64,000 bases of DNA, from the NCBI GenBank assembly GCA_043228905.1, contig JBHGNT010000020.1, positions 1,984,001-2,048,000 of the forward strand, written 5' to 3'. Below, one piece after another: positions 1-12,097 of this stretch. The notes below the pieces were generated by a model, which worked only from the letters and a program-made list of their open reading frames with translations, was not told the DNA's origin and made no database searches. The stretch is from Azolla caroliniana (taxonomy: Eukaryota; Plantae; Polypodiophyta). Within the stretch, counting starts at the first letter, position 1. Every line of letters starts with the position of its first letter. The position numbers and the translations under genes were made by a program.

Positions 1-3000
1 GGTCCCGGATGATGTGCATCCCTAGTATTTGTCTCGCCGGACCCAAGTCCTTCATTGAGAAGGTTCGGTGAAGAGCCTTCTTCAGCATCCGTATCTTGAC
101 CTGGTCCCGTCCGACGATCAACATGTCGTCCACGTACAGGAGGAGTATTAGAAAGTCTCCTCCTTCGAACTTCTTCACAAACACACAGTGGTCGGACTGC
201 GTTTTGAGGTACCCTTCGTCGGTCATGAAGGAGTCGAACTTCCGGTACCATTGCCGGGGACCCTGCTTCAGTCCGTAAAGGCTCTTCTTCAACCGGCATA
301 CCAGGTGCTCCTTCCCTTTCTTCTCGAATCCTTCCGGTTGCTGCATGTAGATCTCTTCTTCGAGGTCACCGTGAAGGAATGCCGTCTTCACGTCCATCTG
401 TTCTACCTCGAGGTCCATGCTTGCCGCTATGCTCAGCACCGTCCGGATGGAGGTCATCTTCACTATCGGGGCAAATATCTCGTCGAAGTCGACGCCCTTC
501 TTCTGCTGAAACCCCTTCACCACGATCCTGGCTTTGTATCTCGGGGGGTTTCCGGCATCTCCCGGTTTCAGCTTGAACACCCACTTGTTTCGTAGTGCCC
601 GCTTTCCTTTCGGCAACTCCACAAGTTCATATGTGTGGTTCTCATGCAGGGAATCCATCTCGTCCTGCATGGCACTCAACCACCTGCGGCTCTGGGTGTC
701 ATGCTTTGCTTCTTCAAAGCTCTCCGGCTCCCCCTCGTCGGTTAGCAGCACGTGCTCTGGTTCCGGAAACCTCCGGGGGGCCCTTCTCTCTCTTAGAGGA
801 TATCTCCGTTCCGGAGCTTCGGTAACCGGTTGTTCCGATTCTTCTTCATCCGAATCCATTTCGGGATCGGGGCCGGTTCCGGTATCATTTTCATCTTCTT
901 CGGCCGGTTCTGTTTCTTCACCGTCTTCGGCCGGATCCTCGAGTGCTAACCGGTCCCTTGCCGGTCGGGACTGCTCCTCGTAGAGTTGATCCTCACCGGT
1001 CGACTTGGAGCTCTTCATCTTCTTCTCCGACTCCCAGTCGGCGAGTGTCTTGTCCTCCATGAAGACGATATCTCGACTCCTGAATATCTTCTTGTCGACC
1101 GGGTCCCATACTCGGTAGCCGAACTCGTCGTCGCCGTATCCGAGGAATATGCATGGCCGGGTCTTTGGATCTAACTTTCCTCTCCGGTCCTTTGCCACAT
1201 GCACGTATGCGAGACACCTGAACACCTTCAGATGCCGGTAGGACACTTCCTTACCGGTCCACACTTTCTGCGGCGTGTCTCCGTCCAAAGGTACTGAGGG
1301 TGATCTATTTATCACATACGTCGCCGTCGACATTGCCTCAGCCCAAAATCCGTTGGGTAATTTCGCATGTGCTAGCATACTCCGGACCCTCTCCATTATG
1401 GTCCGGTTCATCCTCTCGGCCAGCCCGTTCAGTTCCGGCGTCTTCGGCACTGTAAACTCGAGCCGGATTCCCTTCGAGCGACAGTAATCCTCGAACTGCC
1501 CCCGGTATTCCCCTCCGTTATCCGCTCGTATCGCTTTCAGCTTCTTGCCGGATTCTCTTTCCACTCTCGCGTGGAGTTCTTTGAAGACGGACAATACTTG
1601 GTCCTTTGTCTTCAACGGTGCCGTCCACAGCTTCCGGCTGTGGTCATCAATGAATGTCACGAAGTACTGGGCTCCGCCATGTGACTTCGTTTCTACTTGA
1701 CACACGTCAGTGTGCACCAACTCCAATGGTGCGCCACGTCTCGTCGGTGGCCTTGAGTGGAAGGAGGTCCGGTTTTGCTTACCGGCCAGACAGTCGGTGC
1801 ACTTCTTCAGGTGCACATGCTTCACTGGAATAAGGTTGTCTTCTGCAAGCCTCTTCATCCCCTTCTCACTCATGTGGCACAGTCTTTTGTGCCACAGCTC
1901 ACCGGCAGTGTCGGCTGCCACATTCAGCTCTTCCGGACATAACCGGGCATTCATCAGGTACAGTGTGTTGTCTTTCCGGGCCCGAGCCACTATCAGGCTC
2001 CCCTTGCTGAACTTCATTACGCCGTTCCGGATGCTACCTGTGTAGCCTTCATCGTCTAGCCTCCCGGCCGAAATCAGGTTCAATCGAACCTCCGGAACAT
2101 GTCGGACATCCTTCAGCAGCATCTTGCATCCGGTTGATGTCATCAGCCACACGTCTCCTATGCCGGCAATCCGGCATGTACCTTCATTTCCCATCCGGAC
2201 ACAGCCGTGCTCACCGGCTGTGTAGGATGAGAAGTATTTCTTCTCCGGGGTCAGGTGGAACGACGCTCCGGAATCGACCACCCAGGTCATCTCTTCACCG
2301 ACAAGGTTCAGCTCCCTCTCTTCGGTAATGAGCATTATCTCTTCTTCACTTGCCGCGAGTGCCGTCGTTCCTTTCCGGTCCTGCCCTCGCCGATCCGGAC
2401 CTGTCCGGTCCATGGCTCCCCGGTATGCACCGTTTCTCTCCGGTGACTTCTTCGAATCGGTGTCGTCGGCTCCGTTGTCCTTTCGGTAATGCCGACAATT
2501 CTTCCGGAAGTGCCCCGGCTTCCCACAGTGGAAGCATGTGGGCCTTCCTCTTGACTGCGACCGGGTCCCCGACTTCTCCCGTCTTTGCGGACTCCGGTTC
2601 CATTGTCTTCCCCGATCCGATTCGGTAAGCAGCATCTTCGGATCAGAAACCGGTTCTTTATCTCTCCGACGCGCTTGTTCGTTCAAAATACTTGTCTTTA
2701 CCGTTTGTAGGGACAAGTTATCTTCCGTGCAGGAGGTGCTGAGAGTCACCACCAAGTTCTCCCAGCTTTCCGGCAATGTACACATCAGGATGATGGCTTG
2801 CATTGCATCCTCCAATGGGAACTTGATCGCCGCAAGCTGGTTTACGAATCCCATGAACGTGCTTACGTGTTCCACCATACTCTCGCCGTCCCGGTACTTG
2901 AGGTTCACTATCTTCGTCATCAGGGAGGTCCGGTTCAACGCATTCTTCCTCTCGTAGAGGCCCGACAGCTTCCGCCACATCTCATATGCGTTGGTGTCGT

Positions 3001-3232
3001 TCGCCACATGTTGTAGAACGCTCACGTCGACGTATTGCCGAATGGTTGCAACGGCTTTCCGGTTCAGAAGCCTCCATTCCGACTCAAGTACCCCCTTCGG
3101 TATTTCCGACCTGTCAATCGGTTCGTACAGGTCCCGAACAATCAGAAGATCCTCCATCTTGATCTTCTAGTCGGCGTAATTCTGCGCATTCAGCACCATC
3201 ATCCCCGGCTGCCCGCTGCCGCCGCCTTCCAT
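1..3232 (-). pseudogene. gag-pol: Copia gag-pol polyprotein of A1 with one nonsense codon
   Basis: ATG at 3232, homologous to A2 (MEGGGSGQPG...). TAG at 3167-3169 where A2 has TGG. The RT YVDDM motif at about 122-136 is in the same frame, and the ORF track lists no internal ORFs in this frame, consistent with it running open off the window edge. Confidence 0.85.
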
Positions 3233-3247
3233 TTTCTGCAGCAGCCC

Positions 3248-3259
3248 GCTCTGATACCA
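3248..3259 (-). promoter_or_regulatory. Primer-binding site, tRNA-Met(i) (TGGTATCAGAGC)
   Basis: GCTCTGATACCA on the plus strand, 3 nt from the LTR edge. Confidence 0.95.
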
Positions 3260-3262
3260 AAT

Positions 3263-4005
3263 TGATGGAAAATTAATCGACACTTTCCAAACTTCACCTC
3301 TCGGCCACAACCAAGGAAACACACGAATCGTTGTTGCAGAAAATGGGAAATGCGAAAAATAGAATGGACACACGATTTAACGTGGAAAACCCTGTACGGG
3401 AAAAACCACGGGAGTACAAGACTCCGAACCAAAACTATGCACAGAGAAATATACAATGGCGAGCTGCAAGGCAACGACCTTGAGCTCGCTGTCCTCGCCA
3501 CAGACGGAGGAAATACACAGAGGCGTCGACCTCTTCCTCACTCACACTCTATCTCTCTCGCGGCTACTCTCTCTTCACTCCTCTTGAGTAAAAAAAACAG
3601 AAAAATGATAAGCAACAACATTTAAACTGTTTGCCCTAAGTCATATTTATACACATATGACTTTCGGGCTATTTACAAATATAGCCTCAAGGGCTCTTGG
3701 CAAACATATTCACAAATATGTCCCCGCATCCGGATCTCTCTCCGGGTACATTCGTCATCCGGCTCCGTAGTCGGGGTCTTCAGCATCCGGCTCCGTAGTC
3801 GGGGTCTTCAGCATCCGGTTCCGTAACCGGGGTCTTCATCATCCGGCTCCGTAACCGGGGTCTTCATCATCCGGCTCCGTAGCCGGGGTCTTCATCATCC
3901 GGCTTCGTAGCCGGGGTATTCATCATCCGGCTCCGTAGCCGGGGTATTCATCATCCGATTCCCGGATATCCGACCATCCCATCCGGAGGGACCGTAATCC
4001 CAACA
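3263..4005 (-). repeat. 5' LTR of A1
   Basis: TGATGG...CCCAACA, homologous to the A2 LTR at 20228-20865. Confidence 0.92.
3756..3960. repeat. 28-bp tandem array (about 7 copies) in the U3 of the A1 LTR
   Basis: Units of CATCCGGCTCCGTAGYCGGGGTCTTCAK start at 3756, 3784, 3812, 3840, 3868, 3896 and 3924. Confidence 0.92.
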
Positions 4006-4625
4006 ATCTGTTTATCACATACGTCGTTGTCGACAGCGCCTCAGCCCAAAACGTCTTAGGTAATTTTGCATGCGCCAGCATACTCCGGACCCTCTCCATT
4101 ATGGTCCGGTTCATCCTCTCGGCCAACCCGTTTAGTTCCGGCGTGTTCGGCACGGTAAATTCGAGCCGGTTTCCCTTCGAGTGACAGTACTCCTCGAACT
4201 GCCCCCGGTATTCACCTCTGTTATCTGCTCGAACTGCCTTCAGCTTCCGGCCGGTTTCTCTTTCCACTGTCACGTGGAGCTCTTTGAAGACGGATAACAC
4301 CTGATCCTTCATCTTCAACGGTGTGGCCCACAGCTTCTGGTTGTGGTCATCTATGAATGTCACGAAGTACTGCGATCCGGCATGTGACTTCCTGTCCACT
4401 TGACATACATCAGTATGCACCAACTCCAGTGGTGCATTATGTCTCATCGGTGGCCTCGATCGGAAGGAGGTTCGGTTTTGTTTACCGGCCAGACAATCAG
4501 TGCACTTCTCCAAGTGCACGTTCTTCACTGGAATGAGGTTGTCGTCTACAAGCCTCTTCATCCCCTTCTTGCTCATGTGACACAACCTATTGTGCCATAG
4601 CTCACCGGCAGTGTCGGAAGCCATG

Positions 4626-5417
4626 TGTTGGGAAACAGGTCCCTCCGGATGGGAAGGAAGAAGAACAGTGCCGATGAACAAACCATATGAGGAGGACCCG
4701 GCTACGGAGAGCCGGATGGTGCAGGCCCGGTATGAACTGGATGAGGAGTACCCGGCTACGGAGAGCCGGATGGTGCAGGCCCAATATGAACCGGATGAGG
4801 AGTACCCGGCTACGGAGAGCCGGATGGTGTAGGCCCGGTATGAACCGGATGAGGAGTACCCGGCTACGGAGAGCCGGATGGTGCCGGCCCGGTATGAACC
4901 GGATGAGGAGTACCCGGCTACGGAGAGCCGGATGGTACAGACCCGGTGAGAACCGGATGAAGAGACATATTCGTAAATATGTTTCTGAGAGCCCATTGAG
5001 GCTACATTTGTAAATAGCCGAAAAGTCATATTAGTATAAATATGACTTAGGGAAAACTTTTAGTAAGAGTTGTTGTCATTTTTCCTTGTTGGTGCAAGAA
5101 GAAGAGAGAGCACGTAATAGTGTACAGAGAGAGAGAGAGAGAAAGAGGTCGTTGCCTCTGTTGTAACCGCCGCGTGTGGCGAAGATCTGTGAGCACGAGG
5201 TCGTTGCCTTAGTGAACTCACTGTTGTACATTCTCACATAGTGACAGTTTGCAGCCTGTGGGCTGCCGTGGTTTTTCCCTCTTTGGGTTTTCCACGTAAA
5301 CCTCTTGTGTATCTTCCTCTCCTTTGTGTCGTGTTTTTTTATTTCCCGTTTTCTGTGTATCATTCTACGCTCGGTTGTGGCTGAGCGTCGCGCATAAGGA
5401 ACGTTGGGTTCCCTTCA
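4626..5417 (+). mobile_element. Solo LTR, Copia family A (A3-type LTR)
   Basis: TGTTGGG...CCTTCA flanked by the 5-bp TSD CCATG (4621-4625 and 5418-5422). It is the reverse-complement homologue of 40997-41755. Confidence 0.93.
4689..4958. repeat. 54-bp tandem array (5 copies) in the solo LTR U3
   Basis: Units of GAGGAGTACCCGGCTACGGAGAGCCGGATGGTGCAGG... start at 4689, 4743, 4797, 4851 and 4905. Confidence 0.92.
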
Positions 5418-5854
5418 CCATGTTCACTTCTTCCGGGCATAACCGGGCATTCATCAGGTACAACATGTTTACCTTCCGGGCCCGAGCCACAATCAGGCTC
5501 CCATTGCTAAACTTCATAACACCATTCCGGATGCTACCCGTGTAGCCTTCATCATCTAGCCGACCGGCTGATATCAGGTTTAGACGAACCTCCGGAATGT
5601 GTCAGACATCCTTCAGCAGTAGCTTGCATCTAGTTGGTGTTGTCAAGCACACGTCTCCTATGCCGACAATTCGGCATGTACCTTCATTTCCCATCCAGAC
5701 ACAACCGGGATCACCAGCTGAGTAGGATGAGAAGCATTTCCGGTCCGGGGTAAGGTGGAACGACGCTCCGGAGTCGACCACCCAGGTCATCTCGTCGCCG
5801 ACAAGGTTTAGCTCACTCTCCTCGGTGATGAGCATCAACTCTTCTTCACTTGCC

Positions 5855-6781
5855 TACAAGGCATATTTGCATCATTTCATCGTCGTCAATGCTAACATTG
5901 ATCGACTCGAGGGCGTCGCACAACTCCTTGATTTTCAAGGTGTAGTTGCCGGTTGACATGTCCCTCTATTGAATATTGTTCAACTCCTGCCGTGGTTGAA
6001 GTTTGCGAGCAGCCGTACTGACTGCAAAGATTTTCATGATGTTCCCCCATGCCTCCTTCGGCGTTTTTGCCTCTCGAATGTAGCCGATCATGTGATCATG
6101 TACGCATGATGCAAGGCACTACGACACGCCTCACAGCCTACTCCCAGGCTAGGTAGTCGGCGTGTGTTGAGTTGGGTTGCGCTTCTTGCGCTTCTTCAAT
6201 GTAGCCCCAATAGCCTTGGCCGACAAGGTATTGGTGCATCTTGTACTACCAAGATGCAAAGTTGTTTTTGTCGAGCTTCTCGGTAGGAAGAGCGCTTCCC
6301 ATCTGGATGTTCATGTTGACTCTTCTTTGTGATAGGACTATGCAGAGGCTGCTACAACAATCGGTCGGTTCTTTGTGAACATAGCCTTTAACACAACAGA
6401 TGTGAATAGGCTTGGATCAAACTACCAATCGCTCTAATACAATGTAAAGAACCGAGAGTGATTATATGCAACGGAAGAGATATGTGTGTGTATGTGTGTG
6501 TGTGTGAGAGAGTAAGTGAGAGTATACAGAAAACAAGTAAAGACTATATTATCAAAAAGGATTACAAGAATGCCCAACCGTTACAAATAAGGTGGGAAGG
6601 TGATTATATAGTCACCTTCTCTTTATATTCTCTTTCTACAACCACCTCTTAACTAAAGGGAAGTGGAGACTTACCTACACTAATTATGTGTCATAGAACT
6701 ATAAGATTCTATGACACACTAGTTACTATAGTAGGTGGTGGGGTGTTCACACACTAGGTAAGTTGAGTTTGATTCTCAAAC
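5855..6781 (-). mobile_element. Degenerate 5' end of a Copia family-B relative (B0): gag fragment, PBS and 5' LTR
   Basis: gag 5855-6314 (MGSALPTEKLDKNNFASW*YKMHQYL, homologous to B2 gag). Degenerate Met PBS GCTCTAATACAA at 6431-6442. LTR starts TGTAAAG at 6443; its right end is approximate. Confidence 0.7.
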
Positions 6782-7280
6782 GGTTGTCTTCCTTAAATGT
6801 CCAACTTTTGTCAATGTAAAGTCATACACAATGATATCCACCTCACTAATGTCAACGATAGGTGTATAACAAAGCTTTAATGCATCACTACGTCCACCAA
6901 TCCAGAATTAGTGCCCTAGGTCATGGCCATCGACATGTGTAGCTATTAATATCCTCACCTTGAGTTCTTGTAGGTTTCCTTGTCACTTGAGTTATGCTCA
7001 TGTTGCCATCCTTGGTTCCACATAAATGTTTCTCAATTGTGGATGTACCAAACTATGAAGATCAACATAAAGTGTTTGAGGTGGTGATTGAGAACCACAA
7101 GAATATTGTATAGACGATGTAAACGGAATTTGCAAGGTCCAATCCATCGACACAATTGTTACTGGTTTTTTGTTGATCAATGAAGAACATGTTCACCACA
7201 TGGTATCTTGTTGTGCAACATACTCCTTTGCATTATCAATATGTGTCTTTTTCTCTTCTAAAAATACAAATTTTAGTATA

Positions 7281-7745
7281 ATTCGAGTTCATGTTTAAAA
7301 AAGCTTTTTTTTTTAAAAACAAGCACATTTATAAACATGAACTCGATACATTGTATCGAGTTGATGTAAAAAACAGATTTTTCATCACAATTCGAACAAT
7401 GTATCGAATTCCTGTTTTTTATTAGGTTTTTATTAGTTTTTTTTATTTTTTTAGGTTTTTAGGTTTTTTTGTTAATTTTTTGGGAAAAAAAAGCCTTAAA
7501 CATGAATTTGCTACATTGTATTGAATGAAGTTCAAAATTTATTTTAAAAGAAAAACAAAAAAATATTAAAACAAATTTAAAAAAACAAAAAATAACGTTA
7601 AACATTAATTTGAGACATTGTATCAAGTTCATGTAAAGTTCATGTTGAAACCTCGGTTTTTTACATGAACTCGATGCAATGTATCAAATTATACAACCAA
7701 GTCTCTGTTTTAAAAGGAAACTCGATACAAAGTATCGAGTTGATT
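7281..7745. repeat. AT-rich region with about 6 dispersed copies of the palindrome AACTCGATACA-W-TGTATCGAGTT; possible DNA-transposon subterminal or foldback remnant
   Basis: Copies at about 7335-7367 (16-bp arms, 1 mismatch), 7389-7410, 7501-7525, 7601-7634, 7663-7690 and 7719-7741. Confidence 0.7.
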
Positions 7746-8027
7746 ATTAAAATTAGTATTAAAATGATTGAGTTGTTGAAATAAATTGTATATTTTCACA
7801 AATAATCTCTATTTTTGTAATGAATTTCTATTTCTTCCCAAGATTTTCCTTTAGAAAATTGTTTGATGGGAGTGTTTTTATTGCACTATTTAGTGATTGT
7901 TTCGCATATTATTTAACAAAAATTCATTAATTTTTGGGATATTTCGCACCTCCATATTCCTTTTTGGCATTTAAAACAAAGAAATATTGTTCAACAATGA
8001 TATACCAAGATAGTGATAGTAAGAAAT

Positions 8028-8905
8028 TGTTACCAATCCTTGGGTAACATAGGGTCGGATACTCAATCCTTTGGTTTCCAACTCAAGGTCTTATGGACAG
8101 GGGACAGGAGTGCAGGCAGGGATTCAAGGGAAACAGACTACGATTAACAGACAAGGTGCAGATTATGTAGCTTTTTGGAACTGGTTGGGTTGGTTGTGGA
8201 TATTGTGGAGATGTAGAAGTGAGTCGGCCACAACCGACTGGACAAACGTAATACACAACTAGAGCATTCAGATACTTGACATAGAACACCACAGATTATG
8301 AGCAAATTGTATTCAAATTAAGTTTAGACTATCTTTGCTGATACAAAAATCCAACAACTTTTACAAAACTATATGTCCCTTTTTATAGGGCATGGTCGGT
8401 TACGTTCTTTAAAACGGCACTATTTCCTATAATTGTACTACATGTGTTATCGTTTGCTTCTTCCTTCGGTCCCACTTTGACCCACGCATATCCCTACGAC
8501 CCTTTTCATACCACGGCCATCCTAGCTGGCCAACACATGGCACGCCCATGGGATAGTGCTCTTGGCATGGTCGAACCCAAAATTTGTCCGGCTAGGCATC
8601 GTCAAAGATGTGTAAAATGTTTGGCTCTTGTTGAGCGATTTGCCGCCGCTGGTGACATCATTGCCATGTGGTGGCGGAGTGTCGTCTGCTTTTGCATTTC
8701 TCGCCTCTCGATCTTCTGTGGCCACTAATTGCTCTTATTCAATATTCAACCCTTATTGATCAGCTTCCTCGTTTAGTACGGGTTGATCAGTTGGGTCATT
8801 CGTCATCTCCTTTAGTCGGTCCCGGTACCACAAGACGCATGCCGATCATTACGTATTTGTGAAGAATCATGATGGAGGAGATTTCCTCATCCTCCTGTTA
8901 TACGT
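8028..8905 (-). repeat. Possible LTR remnant (X), host of the D' insertion
   Basis: Starts with TGTTACC..GGTAACA (hairpin), has TATAAAA on the minus strand near 8381-8387, and is non-coding. No partner LTR is visible. Confidence 0.35.
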
Positions 8906-9303
8906 TGTCGTGCCTTTTGGCGCCGGATCGTTGTGTGAGTCGGATGGGAACCGTTGAGGTTTTGGACTAGGAGGAGGAGAAGTTTAAGGCTAATAAGAAT
9001 ATGAAAGAGAAAGGTAGGAATCTCGTGAATTTCACGAGTATGTGAATTAGAATAATTATTATTAAAAATCCAAGAACCAATCCAAACCTTTCAATAGATG
9101 GGAAGAGAGATAGAAGACAATCATGAAACACAAAGAAAACCCAAAGATCAACAACACCCATTACAATTTGCTTCCCCACCCTTATATAGTGATGGGAAAG
9201 ACTAATAACATAGTTATTTTAGTATTCTCTCTGATTCCTTATACTTCGTCAATCGGGTACTCCACACATAGTTTACGTCTAGTGTACAAAGCACACTACG
9301 ACA
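8906..9303 (-). repeat. 3' LTR of Gypsy family D (copy D')
   Basis: TGTCGT...ACGACA termini, homologous to 26113-26900. A G-rich PPT lies directly adjacent on the minus strand at 9304-9320. Confidence 0.9.
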
Positions 9304-9524
9304 CTGCCCCCCCCCCCCCGAACCTGCACATCCTCCGGTATGTGCCGAAGTTTCTGGTACTTGTTACTCTTCTTCATCCATACCACCCTTTGTCTCTTCC
9401 CATATGTCGATTATTAAATCTAGCTCACTTTCCTAGCTTTCTGCACTTTCGTGATCCTTGTCCAATTGCTCCTTTGTGTCGGGTTTGTCTAAGATTACGT
9501 AGGGTTCGTTGTCAATTCACTTCT

Positions 9525-10339
9525 TGAAAATCTTCACCCGCTTCCCCGCTATAGGCACTCGAAGTATCGTTCTATCTAGCTCACTTACCTAGTAAGTTCC
9601 GTTGTCGAATGCTTTTCAAACCTCGTATGGTCCGAACCACCTTCGAGTGAATTTCCGTATCATTGTATGTTGATGATCCAAACTACTATCATAGACTATC
9701 ACCCAATGTCCTTCTTCAATCTTCCGTGGTCGTAGACGGTGCTTTGTATCGAATCGACTTTTGTTCCGGAATCGCGCTTCTTGTTGTCGGCGTATTGCTT
9801 CCGCTACGTCTTCTAGTCTTCCTTCTAGCTGTCGTATCCGGACTGCTAGTAATTCTTCCCGACTCATCTCTTCCTTCCACGGTAGCACTGTCCATGTCGC
9901 AATTGCGGTTTTTGTAGGTATTACCGGAGCTTTTCCGGTCATAAGTTCCATTGGCATATATCCGGTCACGGAACTATGCGTTGTGTGATCCGCCCATAGT
10001 GCATATGGAAGCATCTACGGCCAATTCTTCACCCTTCCGTCACATGGTTTTGCAAGTGCTTTAATGATTGGACTATATCCTTGTTCGACCTTTCCATTTG
10101 CTTCTGGATTGTATGACATCGTGGTTAGTGTCAACCTTACTCCATGTTTGGCGAAGAATTCCCTAGCTTTATCAGAGTCAAGTTCTCCTTGATCCGCAAC
10201 TACTTGTGCTACGCACTCGTACCCGCATAACACTTTTTCCAAAAGGAATTGGCATAATGTAGACCATATTTTCCTCCGTAGTACCTGACTTTCTACTTTG
10301 TTCGACAGATCCTCCTGAACTCGCACCAAGTACTTCTTT
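9525..10339 (-). pseudogene. pol: Integrase of Gypsy family D (copy D'), degenerate
   Basis: KYLV..EDLSNKVES, VVADQGE, YNPEANGKVE, LPYALWAD and RRWFGPY (GPY/F) motifs in ORFs 10015-10371 and 9616-10014. Confidence 0.85.
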
Positions 10340-10416
10340 TGTCTAACAAGGTTGTCAGTGCGGAAGAACAAACAACATCTGTGATGTTGAAGGACCTATG
10401 TATGAGAATGAACAAG

Positions 10417-10476
<60 letters not shown>

Positions 10477-10870
10477 AAAAAGAAACGTTTTATTTCTTAA
10501 TAGCAACAGTTACAAATGACAACCGACGTTTACTAAAGGTTACAAAGTCACTTTATATAGTGACTATCCTAGGGCAACAACCCTTTATGCTATTTACAGA
10601 AATAGCCCAAACTTGGGTTGTCCAAATAGACAGTGTGAATACGGCCATTATACACTCCTATTCGACACTCCCCCGTAATGGGCGTATACATGGGCTATCT
10701 GGAATTAGAGGTATATACAAGGTTTATCGGACAGATCGGTTTTGTTCGAGTCGGCAAGATCAAAAGACAAAAGACCAAACCGGTCGGGTCGGAAGAGCTG
10801 AAGCCGATCCTCAAAGAACCAATGTCGGTTGTCCGAAACCATCCTGTGCTGTGTGTCCGTCTTTAACCGG
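10340..10870 (-). mobile_element. 3' end of a Copia family-C relative (C'): 3' LTR 10340-10667, PPT 10668-10674 and 3' UTR
   Basis: The reverse complement begins TGTCGAATAGGAGTGTATAATGG, like the C LTR at 12584. CTCCCCC (PPT) is adjacent. Confidence 0.8.
10421..10474. repeat. (AG)n microsatellite inside the C' LTR
   Basis: About 27 AG units. The equivalent (TC)n tract is at 12753-12790 in the C LTR. Confidence 0.95.
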
Positions 10871-11409
10871 TGTCGTGATGAAAACCAGCCAGAAGCAGAA
10901 TCGGCGAAGCAGGGCGCATGAACTGGCCCTACACTTTCCCACGCCAATTAATACCTTATACATAACTAGGAGTAGGACGATGGGTGTAAATAGACTAGAT
11001 GTGATGCATCGAATGTCTAGGAAATCAAAGAGTATCTCTGTCCGAAAGGACAGAGAATAAATTGATGAAACGAGGGTGCAACGGCCTGCCTCGATGGCCT
11101 ATAAAAGGGAAGGAAGAAGGCAGATGAAGGTATTGCGTTTTGGGGAGCGAGGACGAAGTGCTGTCGGACTGGGACTGAGCTCTCTCCTCCATCGTTCGTC
11201 ATTCTCTACGGGATTTTGGGACTGAGTTGGCTCTGCTTCGTGGACAACCCGTGTGCTTCCCGCAGAGGCTCCACAATGCAGTCGGGGCTGTGTGCGTGCG
11301 TGAGCATCGTGTGTGTGTGTCTTCTCCCTCTCTCCTTTCTCACGCTCCTTGGTTCAAGGCCCCTGCAGTCCCGCCTCTTTCCACGCGCAAAGTGCGAAAC
11401 AACACGACA
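10871..11409 (+). repeat. 5' LTR of Gypsy family D relative (copy D'')
   Basis: TGTCGTG...CACGACA termini, TATAAAA near 11100, followed by a PBS and gag. Confidence 0.82.
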
Positions 11410-11413
11410 TATT

Positions 11414-11430
11414 TGGTGAACCTGATGTGA
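11414..11430 (+). promoter_or_regulatory. Primer-binding site, probably tRNA-Trp
   Basis: TGGTGAACCTGATGTGA versus TGGTGAACCCGACGTGA expected from the plant tRNA-Trp 3' end (recalled, not searched). Both mismatches are CpG-type C>T. Confidence 0.75.
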
Positions 11431-11453
11431 AACAGGTGGCAAAGGAGTGAAGG

Positions 11454-12097
11454 ATGAGGGGATCTGAGCTTGCTGAAGCTATGTCCGTAGCCGTCGATCG
11501 GCTAGTGAGCGCTCGCGAGGGAACGGGTGCCCTCGACAGGGCCATTGAGTCGATCGTTGGCACCATAGGTCGATTCGGTGTGAAGAATGCCACGAGCTAC
11601 TTGGAGGCCTACCGGGCCGAAATGATCATGAGGGATATCTCGGCGGACAGGCGGTTGTCCGTATTCCCTCGAGTGGTGACGCCGAGCATCCACATAGAGG
11701 TGCTCGAGGTGTTGGTCGGATGCCAGACTTCGGAGGAGTTCGAGTTGCGGCTCCTCGAGATGTATGGGTTCGATGACTCGCTTCGGCTGTCGAAGCGAGA
11801 CTTCATGGTGTGGGTTGAGAGCCTTGGGAAGGGGAGGAACACGTTGGCGCTCCTCCAGGAGTTCGAGAAACGGTTTGCACGGCTGTCAACGCTGGACCGG
11901 ACCGTGCTCGACACAAGCTGGGTACTACTATTCGTCAAGTCGGTGGACGCCATGGACCTGGAGAAGGTGGGTCTCCTGTTAGAAACGGATGAAGGACTCA
12001 CGATAGACTGGGCCATGGTAAGGAGGGTCTACAGTAGTTTCGACAAGCGGCGTGAGTGGAGTGACGAGGGCTCGTCGGCGGCAAGGCCGGTCCCCGC
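11454..12097 (+). pseudogene. gag: gag N-terminal part of D'' (piece 1)
   Basis: ORF 11454-12110 directly follows the PBS and is cut by A2 at TSD CCCGC. Confidence 0.75.

Larger units (their letters stand above)
1..4005 (-). mobile_element. Ty1/Copia LTR retrotransposon, family A (Tnt1/Tork-like), copy A1; 3' part lies outside the window
   Basis: 5' LTR 3263-4005 (TG..CA), Met PBS 3248-3259, and gag-PR-INT-RT on the minus strand. It is inserted into the integrase (YVINR|S) of an older family-A copy; the right flank is ATCTG at 4006-4010. Confidence 0.95.
4006..5854 (-). pseudogene. pol: Family A Copia fragment A0 (protease, GAG-pre-integrase, integrase), interrupted by a solo LTR
   Basis: WVVDSGASFH (ORF 5602-5838), LWHNRLCH, and the integrase core HTDVC...ADNRGEY...NGLAERMN. 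The sequence is continuous across the solo-LTR TSD. Confidence 0.9.

Noticed and set aside
188-983. Plus-strand ORFs of 135-149 aa, repeated at 17382-17948 and 29104-29622
   Set aside because: They are antisense shadows of Copia RT. They recur only because the RT is repeated, and GC-rich codons suppress antisense stops.
3923-5029. 368-aa ORF with 18-aa repeats fused to integrase
   Set aside because: Chance read-through of solo-LTR 54-bp repeats into the A0 integrase and then the A1 LTR.
6790-7260. Possible host exon or transposase remnant
   Set aside because: Only short ORFs with no recognisable motif; left unannotated.
10398-11060. 220-aa ORF with ER repeats
   Set aside because: Translation of an (AG)n microsatellite running across two different LTRs.
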